Counted from the first letter of the stretch, positions 18,347 to 28,654 are shown. The stretch: 31,195 nucleotides of DNA from Promethearchaeota archaeon (GCA_048938025.1 JBHLMP010000046.1:1-31195), one strand, 5' to 3'. Numbers and translations: made by a program. The notes: generated by a model from the letters alone, not told the origin.

Positions 18347-18922
18347 CTAAACTTCAATATTTAATCCTTTTTTAATTCCTTCAAAAAGGATTATCCCAAG
18401 GGTAGCTAAAATAACCTCAGCGATTAAGACTTGAATAAACATTAACCACAGTGGTAATAAGAGAACAATATACAAAATTACAGCAACATAAAAAGAAATA
18501 ATTATAGCATACAAAATTCCTCCTAAATATTTCAAAATTCTCTTATCCTTAAAATAAATTATACAAAGTAACGCTGGTACATTTACCCAACAACTGTTTA
18601 AATCAATTAATCCTAATGGAGAAGTCAAATTTACTAAAAATACTCCCAAAACATTACCAATTAAACCCTCAAATGGAAAAATAATACACATTCCAACTAT
18701 TAATTCAGCAACGCGAAATTGAATCCCTAAGTAACTAATAGGCTGAAAAATATAACCTAAGGCGGTATATAAAGCAGCAGTTACTCCAATTAAAGCAACT
18801 GTTAAGCTTATGTTTTTTGGTTTAAATTCTATAACTTTTTCTGCGCTATTCTTATTTTCACTTATCAAATTTCTTCTTTTAATAATTAGAATTTCAATAT
18901 ATGGATTTAGTGATTTATACAT
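18347..18922 (-). CDS. queT: QueT-family ECF transporter S component (putative queuosine/preQ precursor)
   Basis: AALYTAL...PISYLGIQFRVAE and NLTSPLGLID motifs with 5-6 TM. The true start may be the TTG at 18868. Confidence 0.85.
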   Translation of the reverse strand: MYKSLNPYIEILIIKRRNLISENKNSAEKVIEFKPKNISLTVALIGVTAALYTALGYIFQPISYLGIQFRVAELIVGMCIIFPFEGLIGNVLGVFLVNLTSPLGLIDLNSCWVNVPALLCIIYFKDKRILKYLGGILYAIIISFYVAVILYIVLLLPLWLMFIQVLIAEVILATLGIILFEGIKKGLNIEV

Positions 18923-18949
18923 TAAAATTTTATGAATATTTGCATCAAT

Positions 18950-18980
18950 AAAAAAAAATTTAAGTAAAAATAAAAAAAAA
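18950..18980 (-). terminator. Oligo-T terminator on the minus strand
   Basis: Two A9 runs on the + strand (18950-18958 and 18972-18980) just downstream of the stop at 19004. Confidence 0.45.
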
Positions 18981-19003
18981 TGGAATTTAACATTTAGTAA
19001 TTT

Positions 19004-19864
19004 CTATTTTTTCTTCATTATCACGTAAATAACACAAATTATTGTTCCTATTGAAGTGGCTGTTAAAACCAGAAGTTCAAATCCAGGTATTTCTTCGGCC
19101 GAAGGAGTTACTAATGCCGTTTCATAAGCTACTGTCCCATTATTATGTACTAATTTATAACCCAAGAATGTCCCATACGAACTAGAATATCTCCAGGTTT
19201 CAGTACAATCTATTCCGTATACTCCAAAAAAACCAATATAAAATCCTGTAATCGTATGAGTGACTGTTGTGCCTTGAATTACATAATCATTATCCCAAAG
19301 AAGTTCAGATAAATAATCCTCTGGATTATAAGGAAGACCATTTAAGTAGGGAAATGCATTTCTCTCAGAAACATTTCCTTCATAGACAGTATATGTAGCC
19401 CCCAAAATTTGACAATATGTTGTAAGATTTTCTGGATGCATGAAAATTATAGTAGCAGAGCTATACAGATCCGGAGTATCTCCGAAAGGACTTGTTGTCC
19501 ACCACCATACATCTGCAAGGATTATACATGCATCAACAGGGGCCATCACGAGGTAAGGAGGGACAGTTGTAGGGTCAAATATATAGCTAGAATTTACGTA
19601 TGTAACTTTTGTTTTCATTTTCGCACCAACAACACTAGCACCCGTTCCAAATGAATTTTCAATAGTAGTTACCCAAGTAGGACCAAAAATTGCCTCCAAT
19701 GTGCCGTTATTAACAGTTTTAACTTTCCAAGTAGCTTCTGCATCAACAACTCCAGTACAATAATATGTAGTGCCTTGAGCTGATGCAATTGGAACACTTA
19801 GCATTATGGAAACTAATATAAATCCGATTAGGGCATAAGAAATCTTTTTCATTTTAAAACCCAC
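19004..19864 (-). CDS. Secreted cell-surface (glyco)protein with PGF/Loki-CTERM sorting signal
   Basis: Signal peptide MKKISYALIGFILVSIMLSVPIASA (likely ATG at 19852), five N-x-S/T sequons, and C-terminal IPGF + TM + KKK. Confidence 0.85.
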   Translation of the reverse strand: MGFKMKKISYALIGFILVSIMLSVPIASAQGTTYYCTGVVDAEATWKVKTVNNGTLEAIFGPTWVTTIENSFGTGASVVGAKMKTKVTYVNSSYIFDPTTVPPYLVMAPVDACIILADVWWWTTSPFGDTPDLYSSATIIFMHPENLTTYCQILGATYTVYEGNVSERNAFPYLNGLPYNPEDYLSELLWDNDYVIQGTTVTHTITGFYIGFFGVYGIDCTETWRYSSSYGTFLGYKLVHNNGTVAYETALVTPSAEEIPGFELLVLTATSIGTIICVIYVIMKKK

Positions 19865-20069
19865 GTTTTTCGCATAATTATTTTTAATTTAAAATTGTGT
19901 ATGTTATTATTATTTAATAATTTGGTATATAAACATTTCTTAGTAATAACTGAAATTTTAATATCTTGTAAATTTATAAATAATTTAAAAAATAATTGGT
20001 ATTTAACCTAGTTAATTAGTTATTTTAGATTTTAATGTAAAAATTGTGTTATCAATAGGTGATTAAATC

Positions 20070-20846
20070 ATAGAATATTTTTCACCTGAAAAAGGATTTG
20101 AGATTGCTTATGAAATAATTGGAGATATAAATAAACCTAAGATGGTATTAATTCATGGTCTTTTCTTAAATGGTGATTGTTGGAGAGAACAGTTACCAAT
20201 TTTCGAAAAAGAGTTCAATATTCTTCGTTATGATCTTAGGGGTCATGGAAGAACTACAAAACCTAAAAAACGGTTTACAATTAGAAACTATGTGGACGAT
20301 CTTTATGCTTTACTTGCTCACCTTGATTGGATAAAAGATCTTTATTTAGTTGGGCATTCATTAGGGGGCATGATTGCTATGGTATATGGATTAGAGAATC
20401 CTTCGCATGTAAAAAAAATGGTAGTTGCTGATAGTTTTTGTTTTATAAGTCAGGAAGCAATTACAGATGTTTTGGGTCGCGTTAATAACGCCAAGCTTGA
20501 GGATTTTGCCAGGGGAATTAGCGTAAGAGGATTAAATCCCTTTAATGAAGAAATTGCGGAATATGTGGCGAAAATGGTGACTAATCATATGACAAAGAAA
20601 GATTGTCTTCGAGCAACAGCCGCTTCAGCAGGATTTAATATTTGTGAAAATCTAAAATCATTAAATATCCCTATTTTAGTGTTAGTAGGTAAAAAAGATA
20701 TAACTACTCCTGTTTGGGCTAGTGAAATGATACATGAATGGTTACCTCAATCAGAGCTAGTTATAATGCCTGAAGCAGGGCATTTAACAATTTTTGATCA
20801 TCCAAAAGAATTTAATGAGCTTGTTTTATCATTTTGGGAAAAATAA
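20070..20846 (+). CDS. Alpha/beta hydrolase (PcaD/MhpC-like)
   Basis: LIHG, DLRGHG, nucleophile GHSLGG, VGKKD and AGH. The frame extends upstream of the track ATG (20142) to ATA at 20070, behind an AGGTGA RBS. Confidence 0.9.
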   Translation: MEYFSPEKGFEIAYEIIGDINKPKMVLIHGLFLNGDCWREQLPIFEKEFNILRYDLRGHGRTTKPKKRFTIRNYVDDLYALLAHLDWIKDLYLVGHSLGGMIAMVYGLENPSHVKKMVVADSFCFISQEAITDVLGRVNNAKLEDFARGISVRGLNPFNEEIAEYVAKMVTNHMTKKDCLRATAASAGFNICENLKSLNIPILVLVGKKDITTPVWASEMIHEWLPQSELVIMPEAGHLTIFDHPKEFNELVLSFWEK

Positions 20847-20874
20847 AAAAAAATATTTAAACCTAAATTTAGAT

Positions 20875-21897
20875 TTATGTACCCCATCTAATTACTCCAG
20901 CATTCCATGCCCAACCAATTCCTGCGGCAGTAAGTACTACAATATCTCCATCCTTAATTTTACCATTTTTAGTACCATATTCTAAAGAAATTATTCCATC
21001 ATTCTGTCCATTATGACCAATATTTTCTAGATATGTTGCTTGTTTATAAGGATCTACACCTACAGCTTTTGCAACATACTCAAATGCACTTCTTTTCATG
21101 TGTAATAGTGCCAAGTAACTAATATCTTCTCGTTTATACCCTGATTGTTCCAAAGCATTATCGATAACTTTAATAAAAGAATCCATTGAAAAATTATCTA
21201 ATCTTTCCTTTAAACCTTCAGGATCGGGAACATCTAAATAGATTAAATCTTTTTCGATAGCTTCAGCGGAAATAGGTTCTACCGTTCCTCCTGCGGGAAC
21301 ATATACATCATCAGCAAATCTTCCATCTGATATCGCAGAAATTCCTAAAATTTCATTAGTTTTGTAATCAGCCCTAATAATGGCAGCAGCTCCACTTGCA
21401 GCAAGACTAATCATAAATCGAGATCTTTGATTCTTATAATTAATTAAATCACAATTCCTATAACCACTGGCAACTAATACTCTTTTAATATTCATATTAG
21501 TTTGCATTAAACTTTTAGCTAATAACATACCAACCAAAAATGTGCCACATCTTTGATTTATATCGAAAGCCCAAGGTTTCGTGGGATTTCCTAAAAGTTG
21601 CTGCAATTTTATTCCATATGTCATCATTGGACGTTCAGCATACACCTCACCTGCCCATATAATTAGATCCAGATCATCTGCTGTGATGTTTGCTCTCTTA
21701 AGTGCTTGTAAACTTGCCTTCGCTCCCATTGCTACCGTATGATCTTTAGGACCGGGAACTGTTTTGCTTTTTAAACCAAATTTTTCCTCAATTACATCTC
21801 TAGGGATTCCAGTTTGTTTGGCAATATATTCACTTGTATGCATTTCTTTAGGAAGATAAATTCCCCAAGATTCTAATCCCACAGGTCGATAACTCAT
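20875..21897 (-). CDS. fabH: 3-oxoacyl-ACP synthase III (FabH/KAS III)-like condensing enzyme
   Basis: AFDINQRCGT (catalytic Cys), LLHMK (His), IGHNG, and GDIVVLTAAGIGWAW. Confidence 0.85.
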   Translation of the reverse strand: MSYRPVGLESWGIYLPKEMHTSEYIAKQTGIPRDVIEEKFGLKSKTVPGPKDHTVAMGAKASLQALKRANITADDLDLIIWAGEVYAERPMMTYGIKLQQLLGNPTKPWAFDINQRCGTFLVGMLLAKSLMQTNMNIKRVLVASGYRNCDLINYKNQRSRFMISLAASGAAAIIRADYKTNEILGISAISDGRFADDVYVPAGGTVEPISAEAIEKDLIYLDVPDPEGLKERLDNFSMDSFIKVIDNALEQSGYKREDISYLALLHMKRSAFEYVAKAVGVDPYKQATYLENIGHNGQNDGIISLEYGTKNGKIKDGDIVVLTAAGIGWAWNAGVIRWGT

Positions 21898-21908
21898 AAA
21901 TATTTCAC

Positions 21909-23459
21909 CTATTCTAAATCTTTTTTCAATATTTTACCAGTAGCACTTGTGGGGAGCGAATCTCTTATTTCGAAAAACTTGGGAACTTTATATTTAGCTA
22001 ATTTTTCAACCAAATAATCTCGAATTTCATTAATCGTTAACTTTTCTCCTTTTTTCAGAGTTAAAAATGCTTTACCAACTTCACCCCATTTTTCATCAGG
22101 AACGCCTATCACAGCAGCTAAGTCAATCGCTGGATGTTTAAAAAGTAGCTCTTCAATTTCAACAGGATAAACGTTTTCTCCTCCACTAATATACATTTCT
22201 TTTCTACGTCCCACAATATAATAAAATCCTTCATCATCTTGCATCGCTAAATCTCCAGTATGTACCCAACCATCTGGTTCAATCGTTTTATTTGTTTCTT
22301 CTGGTTCATCCCAATATCCTGAAAATATATGAGGGCCTCTAAGCAAAAGTTCTCCAACATCTCCTTGTTTTACGATTTCATCTGTTTTGGTATCAATTAT
22401 TTTCATATCGCAATGAAATACGGGTAAACCAACTGAAGTAGGTTTTTGCTTGATTTTATCTTCAGGAAGGTAAAAATTATTTGGTCCAACTTCAGTTAAT
22501 CCATACCCCATTTTAAATGGTTTATTTTTTGACCAATAGTTTTCCATAATTGCAACTGGACATGGTGCTCCCCCTGAAATGAAAATTCTAACTGACTCAA
22601 ATTTTACATCTTGAAATTCGGGAGCATTTGCCATCATATGAAACATTGTAGGAACCCCAATCACAATCGAGCATTTTTCTTTCTCGATAATTCTGATAAT
22701 TTCTTTTGGATTAAAATCTCCCATTAAAATTGTTTTTGCTCCAAGATGATAAAACGGAACCAAGAGTACATTCCATCCACCTGTATGAAATAGGGGAAAT
22801 AGAAGTGGTTGAATATCATCTGGTTCTAAACCCCATGAAAGTATAGTATTTACCGAATTCCAAAAAATTAGCCTATGAGAGAGAGTTGCTCCTTTAGGAA
22901 GACCGGTAGTACCACCTGTGAATAAAATGAGATGCGGATCTTCGAAATTTATTGTTGGTCTCTCAATGGGAGTACCTGAGAACTTCTGTATTAAGTTTTG
23001 AGAGGAAGGATCACTTAAAATTGCTTCTTTTCCCATTACAACGTATTTTGATACCAAATTTTTTTCTTTTATTTGAATTACTTGAGATTCTAATTTTGGT
23101 TCATAGAAAAAAATAGATGGTTTAGTTTTTTTAATTAAATAATCTAATTCCTGAATTGAGAGTCTTATATTGAATGGAACTAAAATAGCTCCAATTTTTC
23201 CTGTCGCTAAAAAGAGATCAACACATTCAATCCTGTTTGTAGAAAACATGGCTACGCGATCTCCTTTTGAAATTCCATTTTCCCTTAAAACTCGTGCGAA
23301 TTGGTTTGCTCTGAAATCAAGATCCTTAAATGTATGCAATTTTTTTTCAATGTTATCAAAAATAGCTTCACGATTAGGAGTTAATATTGCACGACGTCCA
23401 GACCAATCTCCAATCCAAGAGAAATCCTCTGATATTAGATTTTCTCCTGCTTTAACCAT
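21909..23459 (-). CDS. Acyl-CoA synthetase (long-chain fatty acid--CoA ligase family)
   Basis: FTGGTTGLPKG, GYGLTE, HTGDL, ISGGENVYPVEIE and GKILK. Confidence 0.93.
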   Translation of the reverse strand: MVKAGENLISEDFSWIGDWSGRRAILTPNREAIFDNIEKKLHTFKDLDFRANQFARVLRENGISKGDRVAMFSTNRIECVDLFLATGKIGAILVPFNIRLSIQELDYLIKKTKPSIFFYEPKLESQVIQIKEKNLVSKYVVMGKEAILSDPSSQNLIQKFSGTPIERPTINFEDPHLILFTGGTTGLPKGATLSHRLIFWNSVNTILSWGLEPDDIQPLLFPLFHTGGWNVLLVPFYHLGAKTILMGDFNPKEIIRIIEKEKCSIVIGVPTMFHMMANAPEFQDVKFESVRIFISGGAPCPVAIMENYWSKNKPFKMGYGLTEVGPNNFYLPEDKIKQKPTSVGLPVFHCDMKIIDTKTDEIVKQGDVGELLLRGPHIFSGYWDEPEETNKTIEPDGWVHTGDLAMQDDEGFYYIVGRRKEMYISGGENVYPVEIEELLFKHPAIDLAAVIGVPDEKWGEVGKAFLTLKKGEKLTINEIRDYLVEKLAKYKVPKFFEIRDSLPTSATGKILKKDLE

Positions 23460-23472
23460 CTGAATTTATCAC

Positions 23473-24711
23473 CTATACTGCTCTATATATTGGCCATTTT
23501 CTCCAAACATAAGCAAACAATATTTCTATCCAAAGAAATAATAATACAAATGGAGTTGCGTTTACTTCCCAATAATTACTTGGTTCTCCAAAAAGAAGCG
23601 GGGCCAGCAAATAGAATCCAAAAAATCCTACTGTACCAATTATTATAACCAATATAAAACGGATAATCAAATTTAACCATTGGGGATATTTTTTGGGCCA
23701 ATTATCAAAAAACAACGATACTACTACTACTGCACATATCAAAAAAATAGCATATGATATTGCCATGTAATAAACACCAATAACACGTTCAATCTCTCCA
23801 GGAGGATTTCCACCCATAATTTGAAAAATACCATCGAATATGTATCCTATTGGTTCTAATAATACCATAAATAGAAATCCTAATAAAACACAACAAGCGA
23901 AAGCAATTATACCCATAAATGGTTGTTTCCTGCCAAGTTTATTCCAAGGCCAATATTCAAACACCATCATTGTTAACAAGGAAAAGAAAATTATCCATTG
24001 TGTCCATCCAAGCGATAATGGATACGAATTTGGGAAGGAAAATTGTATACCCTTTATTGCAGTAAGTTCAGTTGTACCACTTGCATAACCAGTATTGAAA
24101 AATATGAGGAACCACACTAAAATAGTAATCGCATTTCCTATTACCCATATTATTAACCCTCGTTTTGGTTGTTTATATTTAAAAAAGGGCCAATACATGG
24201 TACCCGCGACCCAAAGAACAGCAAATGAAAACAAAGAACCACTCAATGCTCCAAATATAGACGCACTACGATACCATAAAATATAGTCTGAAGCCCCTGG
24301 ATCTGCTCCAAGATAATTATCATAGAATATTTGAAATAAGGGCAGCAAAATAAGTGTAAAAATAATGATAATTACAGCATTAATCGCAGTTCCAACTAAA
24401 CCTACTTTCCAAGGTGTTCGAAACCAATTATAATACGGCCAGTTTTCAAACCAGATCGCCCACACTACTCCAATCAACCCAAAACCTCCAATGACCGATG
24501 CCCAAGCTGTTACTTCATTATTCCATATTGGTAAGGGGTCATGCCAACGTGGATCAAAAAAAATCCACCATGAAACTATACTTATAATGAAAACAATTAA
24601 TAATGAAATAAGTCCGGCAAGTGGCTGTTTAAATCTTGCCATTACCACCATGGGAGCTTCATCAGCAGAAGGAATTCCTACTTTTTCACCAGCAAGAGCC
24701 ATAAATTTCAC
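23473..24711 (-). CDS. Polytopic membrane protein (~10 TM), probable transporter, with five xxWP repeats
   Basis: FENWP, MYWP, FEYWP, FDNWP and WRKWP each close a pair of TM helices. First gene of a tight operon; likely ATG at 24702. Confidence 0.7.
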   Translation of the reverse strand: MKFMALAGEKVGIPSADEAPMVVMARFKQPLAGLISLLIVFIISIVSWWIFFDPRWHDPLPIWNNEVTAWASVIGGFGLIGVVWAIWFENWPYYNWFRTPWKVGLVGTAINAVIIIIFTLILLPLFQIFYDNYLGADPGASDYILWYRSASIFGALSGSLFSFAVLWVAGTMYWPFFKYKQPKRGLIIWVIGNAITILVWFLIFFNTGYASGTTELTAIKGIQFSFPNSYPLSLGWTQWIIFFSLLTMMVFEYWPWNKLGRKQPFMGIIAFACCVLLGFLFMVLLEPIGYIFDGIFQIMGGNPPGEIERVIGVYYMAISYAIFLICAVVVVSLFFDNWPKKYPQWLNLIIRFILVIIIGTVGFFGFYLLAPLLFGEPSNYWEVNATPFVLLFLWIEILFAYVWRKWPIYRAV

Positions 24712-24840
24712 TTTTTTTTTAAAATATTTTTTTGAATAATTAAATTTTAATAAATAAAATCAGTTTTTAATACATTTAAAGTTTTAAAAAAATAATTCTA
24801 TTAAACTAATCCCAAAAAATATAATATTTAGAAAGAGGAC

Positions 24841-26181
24841 TTATAAAAAAGTATCTATTGTTTTTTGAGTTTTTATAAAATTTATTAATTTACTACTTTT
24901 TTTCCAATATTTTAGATTAACCATAAAACCTTCTGCCATTTTTTTAATAGAATCATCAAAGTTATCCAATATTGTAGAAGCACCTAAAGCCATTGCATTT
25001 TTTACAGTTTCTCTGATGACCCAAACTCCCAAAGGAACAAGATAACCTCCACGAACTTCACGAAAAATCAATACTCTCGCCTGTCTTCCAATATTATAAA
25101 GATATTCACATACTTCTTTTCTCGCAGCATAATAAGCACCTGTAATATTGCTTGCGTAATTTTTTCTTCCTTGATAAAATTCATAATCAGTCATTATCTG
25201 AGGTTTCAGATTTTGATTGCGACCATCGAGAGAAATATTCCATAAAGTATTTGGTGCCCATACTTCGTTCATTTCATAAGTGAACTTTCCTGGGAAAAGG
25301 AGAATTTTAAAATGATTATCAAGATAACTACTTTCAAAAATTTGATGATCATTAATTTCAGGGAATCTTTTAATCTCTTTAATTAGTGCTTTTGAAATAA
25401 TATCATCCACAGCCGTAATAGTCCAGCGAGTAGGTACTAATCTACGATTTTTCTTTTGGCCAAGCAATCCAGCAGAAAATATTCTTTTGATTGTTGATTG
25501 AGGCACATGACCATTAAAATACAAATGCTCTGATACAGCATCTGTAGCTTTAAGATCTGTATCTGACACACAATATTCTACTTTAGGATGAACTTTTACA
25601 TTTTCAGTAATTCTAATTTTTTCAGTCATTCCAGTTGGACCAATTGGTGGGGCATGGTTATCCATTAGCATTCTAAGATTCATTTTCTCTAATTTAGTTT
25701 CTGTATCAACAGGACGAGCAGCCATGGCTAGCTCTTGAGATGTGTCTAATAGTCTTTGTACTTTTAAAGGAGGGGTATTCTTCCTATTTGGTTGACCTAT
25801 GAAAACATTGGTTTTAAAATTACTTCTAACTAAGCTGCTTCTATAACTTACAATTTCAGCCATTTGTTTCCCAAACCAGAGCTCTGGAGCATCAAGAATA
25901 TAATTATCAGGAACATCTAAATTCAACTTAAATTCTTGAAAGGGAACAAGGGGTCCTAAATATACATTAGGGTAACTGAAATGCCCTACAAAGAAACCGG
26001 GCGGACTTGCACCAAAAATATCTATGTCTCTAATGGTTTTATCTAATTTATAAGGAACCAGAGATTTCATTACAGACTTTTTTAATAAGATTGGGCAAGA
26101 TTTTTTACCACATAAGAGTCTTGCTCCTTTACAACGAAGACATATGTTTTTTTCTGTCGGAGGAACTGGAGGTCGGACCAC
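24841..26181 (-). CDS. nreA: Nre-family archaeal DNA repair protein
   Basis: N-terminal CLRCKG..LCG..CP, SPPGFFVG..YPNV, RRLVPTRWTITAVD, PLGVWVIRE, and C-terminal PIP box QKTIDTFL. Confidence 0.92.
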   Translation of the reverse strand: MVRPPVPPTEKNICLRCKGARLLCGKKSCPILLKKSVMKSLVPYKLDKTIRDIDIFGASPPGFFVGHFSYPNVYLGPLVPFQEFKLNLDVPDNYILDAPELWFGKQMAEIVSYRSSLVRSNFKTNVFIGQPNRKNTPPLKVQRLLDTSQELAMAARPVDTETKLEKMNLRMLMDNHAPPIGPTGMTEKIRITENVKVHPKVEYCVSDTDLKATDAVSEHLYFNGHVPQSTIKRIFSAGLLGQKKNRRLVPTRWTITAVDDIISKALIKEIKRFPEINDHQIFESSYLDNHFKILLFPGKFTYEMNEVWAPNTLWNISLDGRNQNLKPQIMTDYEFYQGRKNYASNITGAYYAARKEVCEYLYNIGRQARVLIFREVRGGYLVPLGVWVIRETVKNAMALGASTILDNFDDSIKKMAEGFMVNLKYWKKSSKLINFIKTQKTIDTFL

Positions 26182-26329
26182 TATTTTCTCTTAATTTATT
26201 TTTGTTTAATAATAAAAAACGTTCTTTATTATTAAAAAGGTAAAGGAGTTTAAATTTTTAATATTTATATTAAAGAATAAACAATTCAAATTTGCCAATT
26301 TAGAATAAGATTTTTCAAAATAAGATTAA

Positions 26330-26950
26330 TTAAAGAATTTTATCATAATCTAATTCATGAGAATCCATTATTTTTTTGGTCATTTCTTTAAAACTATGTA
26401 GGATATTTGTATTTTCCTTTGAAGAGGTCTTCAAAAAATCTTTTTCATCATGTTTATCAAGGAAATTCTCAATAGTTAATTCATCAACTTTATGCTTTTT
26501 ATTATTTTTTTGAACCAAATCAAGTTTAGTTCCAATTAAAACTTTTGGGCGCTCATGAAGATTATGTTCAATTAAATTATCATACCACCAATCTAATTTA
26601 ATAAGGGTTTCCATTTTTAATAAATCAAAAACCAAAAAAATGCCATTCGCCCCATTAATATAATACTTAAATAACTTCTTAAATTGTTCTTGCCCCCCAA
26701 AATCCCAAATTGAAAGCCTTACTTTGTTTTTATTGCCTCTTACTATTATAGGGATGTCATAGGTATAAAAATCTATTCCAATGGTCAATTGAGTGTTTGC
26801 CTCAAATGTATCAAAACATAGCCTCCGCGCAATACAGGTTTTTCCTACGCCGCCGTCACCAATGAGACAAATTTTGAAAACGTATGCGATTTTTGTTTCA
26901 AAAGAACGTCTTTCTTGTTCCTGAATGGTATCATCTTCTCTTTCAAACAT
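26330..26950 (-). CDS. Rab-like small GTPase
   Basis: FKICLIGDGGVGKT, TIGIDF, IWDFGGQEQF, LVFDL, GTKLD and TSSK. No C-terminal prenylation Cys. Confidence 0.93.
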   Translation of the reverse strand: MFEREDDTIQEQERRSFETKIAYVFKICLIGDGGVGKTCIARRLCFDTFEANTQLTIGIDFYTYDIPIIVRGNKNKVRLSIWDFGGQEQFKKLFKYYINGANGIFLVFDLLKMETLIKLDWWYDNLIEHNLHERPKVLIGTKLDLVQKNNKKHKVDELTIENFLDKHDEKDFLKTSSKENTNILHSFKEMTKKIMDSHELDYDKIL

Positions 26951-27086
26951 TAATTACTCACTTTTCTAATAGAGGAACTTTTATTTAAAAATTTACTATA
27001 ATTTCGTAATTTTATCTATATCAATATTATCTTTATATCCAAATTCAATAAAAATAAATTCTTTATACTTTAAAAATGAATAAGAA

Positions 27087-27677
27087 TCATAATTTTCTAC
27101 ACAATAATTCTCCTTTACCTATAGGTATTATTAGTGCGTCCACTCGCTTATCAGCTAAAGCCTTTTCCAACATAGGTTTTAAAGTTTCATAATGATTAAT
27201 TGCATTATCTGCAACAAAAATTCCTCCCCTAACCATATTTGGAATAACTAAATCATAGCATTCTTCATATATCTCTTTCTCAGCATCTAAAAAGCAAAAA
27301 GATATTTCCTTAAAGTTTTTTATAAACTTACGGGCATCATCTTCAATCAATTCAATATAATTTTCCATTTCTGTTATTTTAAAGGTTTCTTTGGCTAATT
27401 CTACTTTTTCCTTTAAAATTTCGAAGGTTATTACTTTATTCGCGGTAAATTTACAAGCAATAGCAATCCATAGAGTGGAATAACCAGCACTAGTTCCAAT
27501 TTCTATAAATTCTCCTTTAGGCGCACTTGCAGCTAAAATTGAAAGAAATCTACCAGTATCAGGTGTTATTTGCCGCAATCTTCTTAATCTTGGAGTACCA
27601 TCATTTCGATCTCTTGAATCAATACCTTCTAAATATTCCATCCTTTTTTTTATATTTTCAGGTATATTATGAAACAT
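27087..27677 (-). CDS. SAM-dependent O-methyltransferase (COMT/YrrM-like)
   Basis: [19 protein letters not shown] and GGIFVADN. Confidence 0.9.
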   Translation of the reverse strand: MFHNIPENIKKRMEYLEGIDSRDRNDGTPRLRRLRQITPDTGRFLSILAASAPKGEFIEIGTSAGYSTLWIAIACKFTANKVITFEILKEKVELAKETFKITEMENYIELIEDDARKFIKNFKEISFCFLDAEKEIYEECYDLVIPNMVRGGIFVADNAINHYETLKPMLEKALADKRVDALIIPIGKGELLCRKL

Positions 27678-27702
27678 TTTCCATCATTAAATTTTATTCG
27701 AA

Positions 27703-28173
27703 TTAAAAATATTTAATCCAAATTGTAGCATCATCGTCAGGACAAAATGCGGGGATAGTTGAGACTTCCCGGAAGCCCACATTCTTATAGAAAAATCTGC
27801 CAATTTTGTTTCCTCTTTCCATAAAGAGATAAATAACCCGTAGTTTATAGCCATCCGCGGAAAAGTATTTTTTTGCTTCATCAATTAATGAGATTATCAA
27901 TAGTTTAGCAATACCTTGACGCCTAAAACTAGAATTAACCCCTAATGCAACTAATTCTATAACACCATCATTTAGACCACCACGCTTATCCCATGAAACA
28001 GTTCCAATTATTTTTTCATCAGTTATACATAAAAGTGTATTTACTTTATATATTAAATCCTTAGCAAACTGTTTTGCACGCTGGTGATGATTTTCAACTT
28101 CCGCTAAATACATATTCATGAGTGGTTCAAAATCTTCCTCCGAAGCATATCTTATTATTTTTTCCATTAACAT
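27703..28173 (-). CDS. GNAT-family N-acetyltransferase
   Basis: LGVNSSFRRQGIAKLL (acetyl-CoA motif A) and N..GRFFYKNVGF (motif B). Confidence 0.92.
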   Translation of the reverse strand: MLMEKIIRYASEEDFEPLMNMYLAEVENHHQRAKQFAKDLIYKVNTLLCITDEKIIGTVSWDKRGGLNDGVIELVALGVNSSFRRQGIAKLLIISLIDEAKKYFSADGYKLRVIYLFMERGNKIGRFFYKNVGFREVSTIPAFCPDDDATIWIKYF

Positions 28174-28368
28174 TATCTCTTTTAAAATAAATTTATCATT
28201 GTAACTTAATTTAATTAAAATAAACTATAATTTTATTGAAAAAATTTTACTTTTAGTTACCCCTCTCATTATTTTTAAGTAACTTTAGACTTTAACTTAC
28301 AATTCAAATAAGGAATTATCTATAAAATTGATAAATAAAATAATAATTGCAATTACTGGTGGTTAGTT

Positions 28369-28641
28369 CTGGGTTATATTAAAGAAACTGCTGAAGTAAT
28401 TAAAGATTCATTAAAAGGAATTTCAAACAAAAAGAAGTTTAAGAAACTTATTAATAATATGATTTTTGCTATAGAGACAAAAACAGTTAGTGAATACTTT
28501 TTTTATAAATTTAAAGTCTTAGAAGAATTAGCACCACTAATTAATTTGAAAAAAGAAAAGGATAAAGAATATTTAGGGAAATACAAAAAAGTGAAGCGTT
28601 ATTATAAAAATCACTTCAAAAAAGCAACATTTTCCATTTAA
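28369..28641 (+). CDS. Hypothetical basic protein (60-90 aa)
   Basis: Track ORF starts at ATG 28459, but the frame stays open upstream to CTG 28369 behind GGTGG. Lys-rich, helical-looking sequence. Confidence 0.5.
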   Translation: MGYIKETAEVIKDSLKGISNKKKFKKLINNMIFAIETKTVSEYFFYKFKVLEELAPLINLKKEKDKEYLGKYKKVKRYYKNHFKKATFSI

Positions 28642-28654
28642 GAATAAATAAATT

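Noticed and set aside
18923-19003. preQ1 riboswitch upstream of queT
   Set aside because: The spacer is almost pure A/T tracts with no recognisable P1 stem or preQ1 consensus, and is better explained as terminator plus promoter.
21909-23459. menE call for the CoA ligase
   Set aside because: No men genes are nearby, and the KAS III context favours a fatty or organic acid ligase. Substrate cannot be read from the motifs.
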